A stretch of DNA of 64,000 nucleotides from a bacterium (GCA_963663405.2 CAXXSM010000122.1:32001-96000); one strand, 5' to 3'; positions 1-11,999 are shown, counted from the stretch's first letter. The notes: generated by a model from the letters alone, not told the origin. Numbers and translations: made by a program.

Positions 1-1462
1 CTGAATTTGTTTCTGCGCGAGCGAGTCACCAAGCTGATCAATACGTTCGAGAATCCTCAATTTCACTTACCGCCAACGTCCGAAGAGTTGCAAGGTTATC
101 TGAATGAGTTGAAAAAAAACAGTGACACATATGAAGACATCGGTTTTTTGACGCTTCTGGAATCCAGATTCAATACGCGGGACAGTATCCTTTTTTGGAG
201 ACTCGTGATTATAGCGGAGAAGCGTGGTATCGAACGTTACAAGAGAGTGAAACGAGTTATATCATCACCGATGATTATCTAGGGTTCCGCAAAAAACCTC
301 ATTTTACAATCGCCGTTAAACGCGTATTCAATGGGCGGTATTACGTTTTACGGGCGGCGCTGGATCCCATTAAAATCTATGAAAATATACTTTCCTCCAG
401 CGAAGTGGAGGAAGCGGATCTTTCCATCGTCAATTCCGATGGCTATTACCAGATTGTCACGCCTCATCGTGGAACGCTGCTGGAAGAATCTTCCATCATC
501 CCACCACGCGAGCCCCAAACAGCGATCGGCCGGTTGCGGATCAATGGAAAGAACCTGTTTTATGCGTATTCTTGGCTGCGGGAAGCCGATTGGTCGCTCA
601 TCGTTCAATGGAATGATAAGATCAATCCATTTTTTATCCGCGACATTATCAAGATATTCGCGTTGTCGGCTCTCGTGATTACTGTCATCTTTTTTATCAT
701 TTTTAAACGGGCAAAGAAGGTCGCGATTTTCCAGTTGGAACGCGAACAAGCGCAGGCGCAGCTGATCCCACGCGTCGAAATTGGCTTCTGTGGGGGAACT
801 GGCGGCGGGAATCGCCCATGAGATCAACAATCCTCTGGCCACAATCTGCGAAGAAGCGGGATTGATGAAAGATCTATTGAATCCGGAGTTTGAAGAGAAG
901 GAAACGCCGGAAGAGTTGGTCACGCATTTGGATCTGATTCAGCAAGCGGGTTACCGATGCCGGGATATCACCCATAAGCTGCTCGAGTTCGTTCGAAAAA
1001 CGGATGTGAAGCTTGATTATTATGATATCCATTTATTGATCGATGAGGTGGTGGAGGGATTGATGGGGAGGGAGATCGCCTTGTCCAACATCACGGTCGA
1101 AAAGAACTATGCGGACGAGACGCCGTCAATCAAAACCGATAAGGGGCAATTGCAGCAAGTATTGATCAATCTTTTGAAGAACGCAAAGGACTCGATGCAA
1201 GGAGAAGGATTGATTCAGATTCTCACTTCTTTGCAAGACAATCAATTCCATATTGTGATATCCGACCAGGGGAGTGGGATTCCAGCAGAGCAGATTGAAA
1301 ATATATTTCTTCCATTTTATACCTCAAAAGAGGTGGGGAAAGGGACGGGATTGGGGCTCTCGGTCAGTTATGAAATCATTAAAAATCTTGGTGGAAAAAT
1401 CTTGGTGGGAAAGCACAGTAGGAAAAGGCAGTTCTTTTACAATTGTTCTCCCGGTTGAGTAG
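1..1462 (+). CDS. Two-component sensor histidine kinase (NtrB-like), 5' end outside window, split by frameshifts
   Basis: ORFs 7-282, 195-821, 781-1458 and 1274-1462 join. Extracytoplasmic domain, TM helix, H-box GELAAGIAHEINNPL, N-box QQVLINLLKNA, DQGSGI, GTGLGL, and ESTVGKGSSFTIVLP in the last frame. Confidence 0.9.
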
Positions 1463-1718
1463 CCTTTATAGCTCATCCGGCTAGTGAGTACTTTTTATTA
1501 GCGATCTCGATCGACGGCGATCACAGAGAATCAGAGGGATACCAGTTATTGCGCTATTCAAAAGTGGTTTGGAATAAGGCAAAGGCAGATGAAAGTAAAG
1601 GCTCCGGCGCCTGCGCCGGTACTTGCCTTTGTTACCCCTCTCGTCAAAAATACGAATTGTCTTTTAAGTAACGTACTCACTTACCGGATGAGCCGCTTAT
1701 ATCGTAGCCAGGAGAAGA

Positions 1719-2275
1719 ATGGAGTTGGATATGGACAAAAAGAAAGTTAAGGATCTGATGTTGTCTTTGGATGAATACCCTGTGGTTTCCATGGACGCCA
1801 CTTTGTTGGACGCGGTGAACGCGTTGAAAAAAGCGCAGGAGAATCTTTCTCCAGGACAGCCGCCGCACCGGGCGGTTCTTGTCATCGATCCGCATTCAAA
1901 GATTGTCGGGAAGATCGGGCAACTCGCTTTTTTGAAAGGATTGGAACCGGACTTCGAATGGCAGAACGATCTGCAGCGGTTGGCCGATGCGGGAGTCAGT
2001 GATCGTGAGATTGATACGCTGATGCAGAATATACGCTTCTGGCAGGATAATTTTACGGAGATCTGTCATCGCGCGATCCACCGGAAAGTCAAAGATGTGA
2101 TGCTTCCGTTCAAGAAAGCATCGAGGAAGACGCATCCCTATTGGAAGCGATTCACAAGATTGTCCAGCTGCAGACATTATCTCTTCTCGTTACTCGAAAA
2201 TCGGAAGTAATTGGTATTCTCCGGCTGTCCGATTTATATGCTGAATTTGCCTCGTGCATTCAATCCAATCAGTAA
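1719..2275 (+). CDS. CBS-domain protein (one frameshift near 2110)
   Basis: KVKDLM..YPVVSMDATLLDAV; second CBS motif KVKDVM continues in a shifted frame as QESIEEDASLLEAIH..VIGILRLSDLY to TAA at 2275. Confidence 0.8.
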
Positions 2276-2293
2276 GCAAGAATGGAAATGACT

Positions 2294-4328
2294 ATGCCAA
2301 AAGTTCTTATTGTTGATGATGAGAATCAATTTCGAATTTCACTTTTCCAAACGTCTCGCCATGCGCGGGTATGAGAATCTCGCGTTTGATAACGGTTTAG
2401 ACGCTGTGAAGGCGATCCGCAGCGATCCGGATATCGATGTCGTGATTCTGGACCGGAAAATGCCTGTGATCAGTGGGAAGCAGACTCTGAAGGAGATCAA
2501 GCAATTCCGTCCCGAAATTCAGGTCATCATGTTGACGGCTTTTGGGGACACGGCGTCGGCGATGGAAGCGGGAAAGCTCGACGCGTTTTCTTATCTGCAA
2601 AAACCGTGTGAATTGGACACATTGATCGAAACGATCGATTCCGCCCGACAAGAAAAAATATACGCGATGTCACGGTATGAGATCCCGCATGACGCGAAAG
2701 GGTCAATGATGAAGTGGCTGATTGGGTCTCATAACTCGCGGCCTGGGCTGATTATCCTCGCGTTTCTCTTCTTCATAGGGATTCTTATCTGCCCATGCCG
2801 GAGTTGGCTCATTTGCTGTCTTCGCCAAAAACAGGCCAGTTGACGGATGTGAACTTGGGGTACGCGGGATACGTCAAGATGAAAAGTGGGGAGAGTATTT
2901 CAGAGTATTACAGCCAGACCAATAAACTCTCTTATGAAGCCGTGGATGAAAGCGGCAAGAAAACCACGTTCCCCCTCAGCCATCAGTCCGTTGTGTTCCG
3001 TGCGAAAGTGATGTTGGGGATTTTGGTGATCTCGGCGTTTTTTTGGCTTCCGGCGCGTTACCGGTTGGGATTACCGCGTTGCTTGTTGGCGTGCTGATGT
3101 ATTTTTTCGGTGTGTTGAAACCGGATGATGTTGCGCGAGCGTACGCGAAAGACGCGGTGATTTTTATATTCGGCGTTCTGGCGGTGTCCACAGCGATTAG
3201 TAAAAACCGGTCTGGACCGTCGAATCGGTTTACTATTAATGGGGCATTCAACCACGTTGCCGCGGTTTTTATTTCTGTTTCTGCCTTTGTTGGCCGTCGC
3301 GTGTTCGTTTGTTTCCGAACACGCTTTAATCGCTTTTCTGATGCCTTTAATCATTATCATTTATACAACATCGATTCGTGAGAATGGCTTACAAAAGGAT
3401 CGCTATCTCGCTGTGATGTTAGTTCTTTCGCTTTTGTTTCGCGGCTAATATCGGAGGGCCGGGGTCACCCGCCGCCGGGGGGCGAAACGCGGTCATGATG
3501 GGGAATCCTAACGGATTACGGCATGAGTCCCACTTTCGGGGAATGGGTGAAATACGGTTTGCCTTTCGTGCCGGTCATGGCGATCGTTATAGCGCTTTAC
3601 TTTTTTTATCGTCTTTCGAAAAAAGATCCAAGTGCAGAATTTGAATATCTCATCGGTCGTTAAGCAGGCGTCGGAAAAAATCGGTCCGATGAATCAAAAG
3701 GAATACATCTCGGCCATTTTGTTAGCCATTTTGGTTCTTTCTGTGGATCACATGCAGCGACCGGTACGGGATGGGAGGGCCGGTTATATTATGCCTGGTT
3801 CTGTTTAACCTGTTCCGGATTCTGAGTTGGCGTGACATCGCCCGTGTGCAATGGGAAGTGGTCGCGTTGTATGCGAGCGCCTGCGCGCTTGGGAAGGGAC
3901 TGGCGGTAACGGGCGCGGCGTTGTATATGGCGAATACATTCGTCAACGCATTACCTGAATTCATGAGAAACGGCGAGGGGCTCGCAATTGCGACAAGCCT
4001 CTTTACCGGGATTATCACCAATTTTATGAGCGACGGCGCCACGGTCTCCGCTATCGGGCCGATTACGGTTCCAATGGCCACGATTGCCGGGGCGCATCCC
4101 TGGATGATCGGTTTCGCCACGGCGTTTTCTTCCTCGTTCGCTCATATGTTGATTATCGGCACACCGAACAATGCGATCGCGTACGCGATGTCCAGGGATC
4201 CCGTTACCGGAGAACATCTGGTGACCTTGACCGATTTTCTCAAGCATGGAGCGGCCGTTCTGGTCCTATCCTTTTTGGTCTTGTGGGGTTGGACCTTCTT
4301 TGGGTATTGGCGATGGATAGGATTTTAA
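2294..4328 (+). CDS. Response-regulator receiver fused to SLC13/DASS family permease (several frameshifts)
   Basis: MPKVLIVDDE start at 2294; DVVILDRKMP..LTAFG..YLQKP receiver runs into a TM helix; later frames give GGPGSPAAGGRNAVMM and AFSSSFAHMLIIGTPNNAIAY DASS motifs. Confidence 0.75.
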
Positions 4329-4519
4329 CAGCGCTTTACGTAGAGAAAACCTGATTCATAGAAACGCATTGATTCGAAAACGCCCTATAGATGATTGAGC
4401 CGAAAAAGAGAATAATAAAAAAGAGAGAAATGTGGTTTAATCGTCTCCCAGCGCTCGCGGCCGGTGGGAGGCGAATTATCTTCCCGCGACAATACCTTTT
4501 TATCTAAGGATTCTTTATC

Positions 4520-5002
4520 ATGTCCGAAAAAATTAATCTTCTTATTGTGGATGATGAGACTCAATTTCTCAATTCGATAAGCCGCCGTTTGGAGATGCGT
4601 GGATTTAATGTCATGAAGGCGGAAAACGGCCGACAAGCGATAGAAGCCGCCAAGAGTCAACGTTTTGATATTGCCATCCTGGATTTAAAAATGCCGGAAA
4701 TGGATGGGAAAGAAACGTTGGATTTACTCAAGCAAGAAGACAAGCATATCGAAGTAATCATTTTAACGGGATATGGATCGATCGATTCCGCGATTGAGTG
4801 TACGAAATTGGGCGCTTTCCGCTATCTCCCCAAACCGTATGAATTGGAAAAACTGATTGAGCTCTTGCAGCAGGCCTTTCAGGAAAAAATGAAGAAACAA
4901 TATGCGGAAGATGAGGAACGGATGAAGAAAATCCAGGAAATTTCTCTTGGAAACAGTCCTCTAGGCATCTTGCAAGCGTTGAAGGAATTGGATCGCTCTT
5001 AA
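4520..5002 (+). CDS. Stand-alone response regulator receiver
   Basis: LLIVDDE..DIAILDLKMPEMDG..ILTGYG..YLPKP. Confidence 0.92.
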   Translation: MSEKINLLIVDDETQFLNSISRRLEMRGFNVMKAENGRQAIEAAKSQRFDIAILDLKMPEMDGKETLDLLKQEDKHIEVIILTGYGSIDSAIECTKLGAFRYLPKPYELEKLIELLQQAFQEKMKKQYAEDEERMKKIQEISLGNSPLGILQALKELDRS

Positions 5003-5034
5003 TCAATACTCTTCTCTTTTTATTCCCTCTGCTT

Positions 5035-6603
5035 TTAGGACGTGGAGAATCGGAATTGTGTCCAATCGATTCCGAGTTTTCGCATTCGCGCGCGAAGGGT
5101 GTGGTGGTTGATTTGAAGAAGCGCGGCGGCTCCGTGGGGGCCTTCAACGCGTCCCTTGGTGAAGGTGAGCGCCTTTTTGATGTGAATCCGCATCGCTTCA
5201 TCCAAAGGGAGGATGGGGGGCGCGGCAGTTTGGGGATCTTGCGTGTTTGATCCTTGTGATAAGGTTTTTATAGGAGAAGGAAGAACACCCAACGCTTTGG
5301 CGACTTCCAATTTGTTTCCGTTTCCGAGAAGCGCCGCGCGGTCCATGATTGAACCAAACTCTCTGATGTTACCCGGCCAGGAATAGGAGCGCAGTAGATT
5401 TGTATCTTCCTCGGAGGGGAGAATGATGGGCAGGCCGAATCGGATCGCCGACCGTTCCGCGAAGTATTTGGCTAAGAGAGGAATGTCATCAAGCCGGTCA
5501 CGCAGGGGGGGGAGAAGAATGGGGAAAACCGCGATGCGATACCAGAGATCATCGCGGAACCGACTATCCTGGACCATAGCGGCTAAGTCGCAGTGTGTCG
5601 CGGCGATGACCCGCACATCGACTTTGATGGGATGATGACCGCCGACCCGCTCCAACCAACCATCTTGAAGCACATGTAATAATCGCACCTGCGCGTTTTG
5701 AGGAAGTTCTCCAATCTCGTCAAGAAAAATTGTTCCTTTATCCGCTCGTTCAAACCATCCTTTATAGGTTTCAATCGCGCCGGTGAACGCTCCCCGTTCA
5801 TGTCCGAATAGTTGGGAATCGATCAATTCGGGTGGAATCGCGCCGCAGTTCACACGCAGGATGGGGCCTTGGGCTCGATTGGATCGTTTGTGGATGGTGC
5901 GCGCGATTAGTTCCTTGCCGGCGCCGGTCTCGCCTAGAATCAGGACAGGCGCGTTGGATGGAGCGACTTGATTGACCCGCTCCATGACTGTCCGCAGGCT
6001 GGAAGCCGAACCTACAATCGTATCATCAATATCCCGGCGGCCCAGGCGATTGAGCAGACTTTGCTTATCCGCTTCCGCCGCTTCCCGGAGCGCGGTGAGT
6101 TCGCGAAACCTGTGGTCATTATCCAGCGCAAACGAGAACGGTTCGAGAAGGATCGTCAGCATTTTCACATGACGGGCCTGAAACGTATTGCCTGGCGCGG
6201 CGATGAACAGAAGAACGCCGAGAATACCACTTGGGCTTTTCAACGGACCGGCGATCCAATCGGACGCTTCGCTGTATTGCCGGAGGAAGCGCAATTGACC
6301 CTGTTGGGAGGACGGTTCGGATCGGCGGATCACTTCGCCTTTCTTATGCCAAGTCATTATACGTTTCATTTGGGAGGTGGAGCATTCAATCTCTGTTTCG
6401 GTTGAAGGGACGTTTTCATCAAGGCATGCGAACGCCACTGTTTGGAGGCTGGTTTGATTGGAATTGATTTGCTGGACAATGATTTGACCGATGGGCAAGT
6501 GGGGAGTCAACCTGTCCACGATGGTTTGAGTCGAGTCATCGATTTCAAGGCGGTGGCAGGTTTCACGCCAGACATCAAGCAAGATATTATTGAATTTATC
6601 CAT
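5035..6603 (-). CDS. Sigma54-dependent enhancer-binding activator (FhlA/HyfR-like; GAF-like, AAA+, Fis HTH)
   Basis: GETGAGKE Walker A, GAFTGA loop, FLDEIGE, WPGNIRE, GAAALLQINHHTLRARMRKLGI HTH. Confidence 0.93.
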   Translation of the reverse strand: MDKFNNILLDVWRETCHRLEIDDSTQTIVDRLTPHLPIGQIIVQQINSNQTSLQTVAFACLDENVPSTETEIECSTSQMKRIMTWHKKGEVIRRSEPSSQQGQLRFLRQYSEASDWIAGPLKSPSGILGVLLFIAAPGNTFQARHVKMLTILLEPFSFALDNDHRFRELTALREAAEADKQSLLNRLGRRDIDDTIVGSASSLRTVMERVNQVAPSNAPVLILGETGAGKELIARTIHKRSNRAQGPILRVNCGAIPPELIDSQLFGHERGAFTGAIETYKGWFERADKGTIFLDEIGELPQNAQVRLLHVLQDGWLERVGGHHPIKVDVRVIAATHCDLAAMVQDSRFRDDLWYRIAVFPILLPPLRDRLDDIPLLAKYFAERSAIRFGLPIILPSEEDTNLLRSYSWPGNIREFGSIMDRAALLGNGNKLEVAKALGVLPSPIKTLSQGSNTQDPQTAAPPILPLDEAMRIHIKKALTFTKGRVEGPHGAAALLQINHHTLRARMRKLGIDWTQFRFSTS

Positions 6604-6741
6604 AATTTAATCCCGTTAAATTTAATATATATTCTATATTATTTAATAGATTAAGCAAGTATATATTCTTGTTTTTTCTCTTTTCCCCTATCTTCTTTTC
6701 TCAGGATTTGTTTTTCGCAGAGATTTTTGCATTTTCTATTT

Positions 6742-6757
6742 TGGCGCGAGGATTGCT
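6742..6757 (+). promoter_or_regulatory. Sigma54 (-24/-12) promoter upstream of cysC
   Basis: TGGCGC-GAGGA-TTGCT gives GG-N10-GC spacing, 40 nt before the cysC ATG; AT-rich spacer and divergent sigma54 activator upstream. Confidence 0.75.
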
Positions 6758-6797
6758 TAGAGGTTCTGTATCCACGAGTAAAGGAAAGGTGAATAGT

Positions 6798-7409
6798 ATG
6801 GACAAAAAAGCTAGCGGTATATTAGAAGAGAGCGCGGTGGATCATCATCCTGGAAGGAAGGCGCCTTTAGCGCCAGCGGGGCAGAAGGGATTTACATTGT
6901 GGTTTACCGGTCTTCCCTGTTCGGGGAAGACTACGATTTGCGAGCACCTCGCGCCGTTATTAAGAAAACGGAATATCAAATTTGAGGCTCTCGATGGCGA
7001 TGTCGTCCGAACCAATTTGTCGAAGGGGTTGGGATTTTCTCAGGAGGATCGGGATATCAATATCCGGCGTATTGGATTTGTGTGCAATCTTCTCACACGG
7101 AATGGAATTATGGCCATCGGCGCGGCGATCAGTCCCTATCGTTCGATCCGGCAGGAGAATCGGGATCTGATTCAGCATTTTGTGGAAGTGTATGTGAAAT
7201 GCCCTGTGGAAGAATGTGAACGGCGGGATGTAAAAGGGATGTATGCGAAAGCGCGCGCCGGATTGATTACACAATTCACCGGTGTGGACGATCCATATGA
7301 ACCGCCTGAGCATCCGGAAATAATTTGCGACACGATGAAAGAGACTCCTGGTGAAAGCGCCAATCATATCATCGACCGGTTGATTGAATTGGAATATCTC
7401 ACTGCATAA
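6798..7409 (+). CDS. cysC: Adenylyl-sulfate (APS) kinase
   Basis: TLWFTGLPCSGKTT, LDGDVVR, LGFSQEDRDINIRR, ISPYR, RDVKGMYAKARAG, FTGVDDPYEPP; AAGG-rich RBS before ATG 6798. Confidence 0.95.
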   Translation: MDKKASGILEESAVDHHPGRKAPLAPAGQKGFTLWFTGLPCSGKTTICEHLAPLLRKRNIKFEALDGDVVRTNLSKGLGFSQEDRDINIRRIGFVCNLLTRNGIMAIGAAISPYRSIRQENRDLIQHFVEVYVKCPVEECERRDVKGMYAKARAGLITQFTGVDDPYEPPEHPEIICDTMKETPGESANHIIDRLIELEYLTA

Positions 7410-7442
7410 AAAGCCAGTGAAATTCCATCATTATTAATACGC

Positions 7443-7490
7443 CTCCCCTCCCCCATTCCCTCTCCTCATGCTGGGGGAGGGGAATTCATT
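7443..7490. terminator. GC-rich hairpin after cysC, possible terminator
   Basis: CCCCTCCCCCA ... TGGGGGAGGGG inverted repeat followed by AT-rich sequence. Confidence 0.35.
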
Positions 7491-7609
7491 ATTAATCCAT
7501 TATTTGATGATTATCCCTCACATTTCATAAGGTTTATCTATTCCGTTTGTAGTAAAGACACTGAACTATCAATCAATAATCCGAAATGAATTGTCTTGAA
7601 AAAGATAAC

Positions 7610-7639
7610 TTGACAGGATTCGTGTGGGCATGTTACATT
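7610..7639 (+). promoter_or_regulatory. Candidate sigma70 promoter
   Basis: TTGACA-N18-TACATT with TG at the extended -10 position, upstream of ORF 7778. Confidence 0.35.
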
Positions 7640-7777
7640 CGGGCTGGCATCATAAAGATGGGTAGGAGTTCTCTCTTTGTGTGAATGTTGTTATAAATGG
7701 AAAAGAGAAACTTATATCAATGATCATGAGGTCAATGCGCTGCTGAGAAAAGAATATGCGGAGGGCTGTGTATTATC

Positions 7778-9952
7778 TTGAATAAGGATAAGAAATGCAT
7801 ATACAGTATATTACTAATTGTGTGTGGATTGACGCTTCCGCTGAACTCACATGGCGAGAAGCCGGAATCTTGTTTATTCGTCGTGTGCGCCGATGCGGGG
7901 AATGATCTGTATCGTGTTTTGGTCTCCAATGGCATAAAGGTTCAACGTTTGGAAAAACCGGAAGAGGCCGCGCAAACGGCGTCCAATGGAAAGGGGATTC
8001 TTATCCTGGCGGACCAGTATCCAAATTTTCCAACTGAGATTGAACCGGCTTTTTGGCAGCAGGCGAATGAAAAGAATCTGCGTGTGTTCATTGAATTTCC
8101 CCAATCCATTCCTGGAATCAAAGCAGGGAAACCCCGCCGGACTGATTTGGAAAGAGCAGTTGTCATCTCGGATGCGTTTGGAGATGATTTAAAGCCAAAC
8201 CGGATCGTGGCGATTCATGATTGCCATTTTATCCCGATTCAAGCGTCTTCATCCTATATAGTTCTTGCAAAAGTGGCCGGATTTGACACAGCGGTTTTTG
8301 GACTTGATGATGTGACATCTTATCCCTTGCTTTTTGAATATAAAGAAAAGCGAATTCTTGTGTCTACGGCCAAACTGAGCCAATTCGTGACGGGCCGGTA
8401 CGCTCCAAAGAAAGCGTGGCAGGCGATTTGGAAGATGATTTTACAATGGCTGCAACCGGAGATTCCCATTCCCGTTTTGGAATGGACTCCCACTGTTCGC
8501 CCGTCATATACGCGTAATGAACCGCTTCCACCGGACGCCGCCAAGCGCGCAGTGATTCGCGGAGTGGATTGGCACACGAACGCAAAGATGTTGATCCACG
8601 AGTCGTGGAAATCGAAGTATAACTCCTACCGGGAAACCGGCGTTGTCGATCCTGCGAATCCGGTTGGGCCTTTGCCGGATCCAACATGGCCCGCTGGAGA
8701 CGGCGCGTATGGTGTGCTTGAAGGATTTAGTTCGCGAATTCGATATAACGGAACGCAAGGCGTTCGATGGTGGCTTCGCTCGGACTCCAATGGTGAGAGT
8801 TCTCTTGCTTTCGCGCTCCGATCGAAATTAGACGGCGATCCGCGAAGCCGCCGGATCGCGATGAATTTATTGGATTGGGTTTATTTCCATTCGGGATTGT
8901 TTCAGGACGATCCAGAGAAGGCCAATTGGGGATTGGTACGTTGGGCGTGGGACAGCGGCTCCTTGTATGGCGATAATGATGTGAAAATTATTTTAGGCTG
9001 TATAGGAACATCCTCGATATTGGAGACCTCTCGCTGGGATGCGCCTCTATTGAAAAATATTCTAGCGAATTATCGTACTACAGGCGTATATGGTTTCCGT
9101 GGCGCGGCGTTGAATACTGATGAATTATTGAATCTCGGTTGGAAACACTATTGGGAACGTCCTACGATCCACTATGCGCCGCATTATCAGGCCTGGATTT
9201 GGGCTGTGTATCTTTGGTTGTATGACAAAACTGGATACGAGCCGCTGCTCACACGCACACGATCGGCGATCCGGATGATGATGGAAGCGTATCCCGATCA
9301 ATGGCAGTGGACGAATGGGATTCAACAGGAACGGGGGAGGATGTTGCTTACCTTGGCATGGTTGATCCGTGTGGATGATCGACCCGAACATCGCGCATGG
9401 TTGAAACAAATGGCAGAGGATATGCGGCAATGTCAGGATTCATGTGGCGCCATCCGTGAAGAACTTGGGAACTTGAAAAATGGAGGATACCGGCCTCCTC
9501 AATCCAACGCGGAATATGGAGAGAATGAAGCTTCGTTAATCCAAGAAAATGGAGATCCTGTGGCGGATCTATTGTATACATGCAATTTTTCTTTTTTAGG
9601 TTTACACGAAGCGTACGCCGCTACGGGTGATATACAGTATCAAACAATGGAGGATCGACTGGCCGCGTTTCTCGTTCGGATTCAAGCGCAAAGCGCCGCT
9701 CATCCCGAATTGGATGGAGGATGGTTCCGCGCTTTCGATTATGAACGGTGGGAGTATTGGGGTTCCAACGCAGACGCCGGATGGGGCGCGTGGTCGATTG
9801 AAACCGGCTGGACGCAAGCATGGATTCCGACGGTTCTGGCGTTACGGGAACTTGGTTTGAATCTATGGGATGTAAGCCGGAACAGCCGTATCGCAGACCA
9901 TTGGGATGTATATCAGTCTCGTATGTTGGGTGATGTTGAGTATATCAAATAG
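7778..9952 (+). CDS. Secreted protein with probable alpha/alpha-toroid (six-hairpin glycosidase-like) C-terminal domain
   Basis: 724-aa ORF, N-terminal signal peptide, Trp/Tyr-rich helical repeats (YDKTGYEPLL, AYAATGDIQY, DGGWFRAFD). Confidence 0.6.
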   Translation: MNKDKKCIYSILLIVCGLTLPLNSHGEKPESCLFVVCADAGNDLYRVLVSNGIKVQRLEKPEEAAQTASNGKGILILADQYPNFPTEIEPAFWQQANEKNLRVFIEFPQSIPGIKAGKPRRTDLERAVVISDAFGDDLKPNRIVAIHDCHFIPIQASSSYIVLAKVAGFDTAVFGLDDVTSYPLLFEYKEKRILVSTAKLSQFVTGRYAPKKAWQAIWKMILQWLQPEIPIPVLEWTPTVRPSYTRNEPLPPDAAKRAVIRGVDWHTNAKMLIHESWKSKYNSYRETGVVDPANPVGPLPDPTWPAGDGAYGVLEGFSSRIRYNGTQGVRWWLRSDSNGESSLAFALRSKLDGDPRSRRIAMNLLDWVYFHSGLFQDDPEKANWGLVRWAWDSGSLYGDNDVKIILGCIGTSSILETSRWDAPLLKNILANYRTTGVYGFRGAALNTDELLNLGWKHYWERPTIHYAPHYQAWIWAVYLWLYDKTGYEPLLTRTRSAIRMMMEAYPDQWQWTNGIQQERGRMLLTLAWLIRVDDRPEHRAWLKQMAEDMRQCQDSCGAIREELGNLKNGGYRPPQSNAEYGENEASLIQENGDPVADLLYTCNFSFLGLHEAYAATGDIQYQTMEDRLAAFLVRIQAQSAAHPELDGGWFRAFDYERWEYWGSNADAGWGAWSIETGWTQAWIPTVLALRELGLNLWDVSRNSRIADHWDVYQSRMLGDVEYIK

Positions 9953-10003
9953 TCACTGTATCCACGGGATTTTTTTTAGACGGAATATCCGCATTCCATA
10001 GTA

Positions 10004-11999
10004 ATGAAGAAAACAGAAGGTAGTGTGAGAGGAGATATGATGAGTCTTACAAGGAGAAAGTTTACTGCTATTTCCAGCGCTGTGGGGGCTGGTGTGGTGT
10101 TGGGAGCGGTTCCGGGTGAATGTGAGAATGATAAGGAGGGGACAGAGGGCAGTGTAAAGGCTGGGCGGCCGAATATTTTGTGGATTGTCGCGGAGGATAT
10201 TTCCCCTTTGTTAGGCTGCTATGGTGATCCTGACGCGGCGACTCCTCACTTTGACCGGTACGCGAAAGATTCGTATCTATTCAAACGCGCGTATTCAACG
10301 GCTCCCATTTGCGCGCCTTCACGATCCTGCCTGGCTACCGGGATGTATGCAATCTCTTTGGGAACGCAGAACCTGCGCTCAGAAGTTGAGATTCCAGATC
10401 GAATCGAACCACTCGCAAAATTGCTGCGAGATCATGGATATTGGACGGCTTTACGCGGCAAGACGGATTATAACTTTGATCCGAAAGGATTGTTTGACTA
10501 TTGGAAAGATGACACGGCGCTTTGGCGGCCGTGCCCGGAAGGAAAGCCATTTTTTGCTTTTATGAATTTAGGTTCCACGCATGAGGGATCGGGCAACCAC
10601 GCATCACGCGCGGAACAAGCGCTCAAGCGGCTGCCCGCGGATCTCAAACACGATCCAGACACCATTACTTTGCCCCCGTATTTTCCAGACACGCCGGAGA
10701 TGCGGCGGCTTTGGGCCCGGTACTATGATTTAATTACCGTCTACGATCGCGATGTGAATGAGGTTTTAGAACAGCTGGCCGCTGATGGACGCGCCGATGA
10801 TACCATCGTGTTTCTAATGGCCGATCATGGAATGGGATTGCCCCGTTATAAACGCTGGTTGTATCTGACTGGTTTGCATGTGCCGTTGATTATTCATGCG
10901 CCCAAAAAGTTTCAGCATTTAATTCATGAAGAGCCGGAGCGATTGGTACGGAATGAACTGGTTTCTTATGTTGATCTGCCGCCGACTGTATTGCAGATGG
11001 CGGGGATTCCGATCCCTGATCGGTTTCAAGGGCGTCCTATATTCGGCTCAGATCAACGAAAATATGTCTTCGGCGCGCGTGACCGGGCTGATGATATGTA
11101 TGATCTGAGCCGCCTCGTGTTCGATGGACGCTATCTCTATATCCGCCATTACCTGCCTCATATAATCCCGATGCAGGAAGGGATTATCATGAGTCCCTAC
11201 ACCAAGGAATTTCACAAGGAATTGTATAGGGCGCATGAGGCGGGATTGGATACGGAGCAGTCGAAAAAGTTATGGAATCCACGGCCATTTGAGGAATTGT
11301 ACGATATTCAAGACGATCCAAAGGAACTGCATAACCTCGCGGATAAGGAAGAACTGAAAGTGGTAAAGGACGCGTTGGCCGCAAGGCTTAAAACATGGAT
11401 TCTTGAGACGCGGGACAGCGGTTTTTTTGACGGAGCCTGAGATGCACCGCCGGGCCAAGGAAGCGAACGCAACGCCATATGATATTCTACAGGACGCTTC
11501 ACTGTATCCGATTGAAGAGATTCTTGACGCGGCGGAAAAAGCGTCACGGCCAGACGCTGAATCGATCTCCATCGGCTCTGATCCAATGGTGACATACTGG
11601 GCGATTCAACAGCGGATCATTCGTAAGGACAAATCGGATGGCGCGGTTACGTTCCTGAGTAAACAACTCAAGAATCCGAATCCAACGGTTCGAACGGCAG
11701 CGGCGGAGGCTCTCGCCCGGATCGGCCATGAGGAATTGGCGATTCCCGTGTTTCGCGCGCTTCTGTTGGAAGAAGAGCCGAATCTTCTTTTGTATGTCGC
11801 GCGTTCGCTCGCGATTTCTTTTGATGATGTCAAACCATTGGAGGATGAGATCCGGCGAACGCGGGAACGGATGCTGGCCCCGCCCGGCTCTCCCCGGCCC
11901 TGGAAGGATTTCAACTATTGCGCGTTTACTACATGGGCTCTTGAATGGGCATTGATTAAATCTGGATTGAATAAGCCGGAAGATTTTGATTTGATATAG
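10004..11999 (+). CDS. Tat-exported Cys-type sulfatase with C-terminal HEAT repeats (frameshift near 11425)
   Basis: TRRKF Tat motif, RPNILWIVAED, CAPSR, DHG; continuation VRTAAAEALARIG is HEAT-like. Confidence 0.88.

Noticed and set aside
1581-1630. Hairpin CCGGCGC-CT-GCGCCGG between kinase and CBS genes as a riboswitch or ncRNA
   Set aside because: Single hairpin with no recognised family motif; could be an attenuator or REP but is unsupported.
6669-6797. N-terminal extension of cysC in the ORF track
   Set aside because: It spans the sigma54 promoter; the RBS supports ATG 6798.
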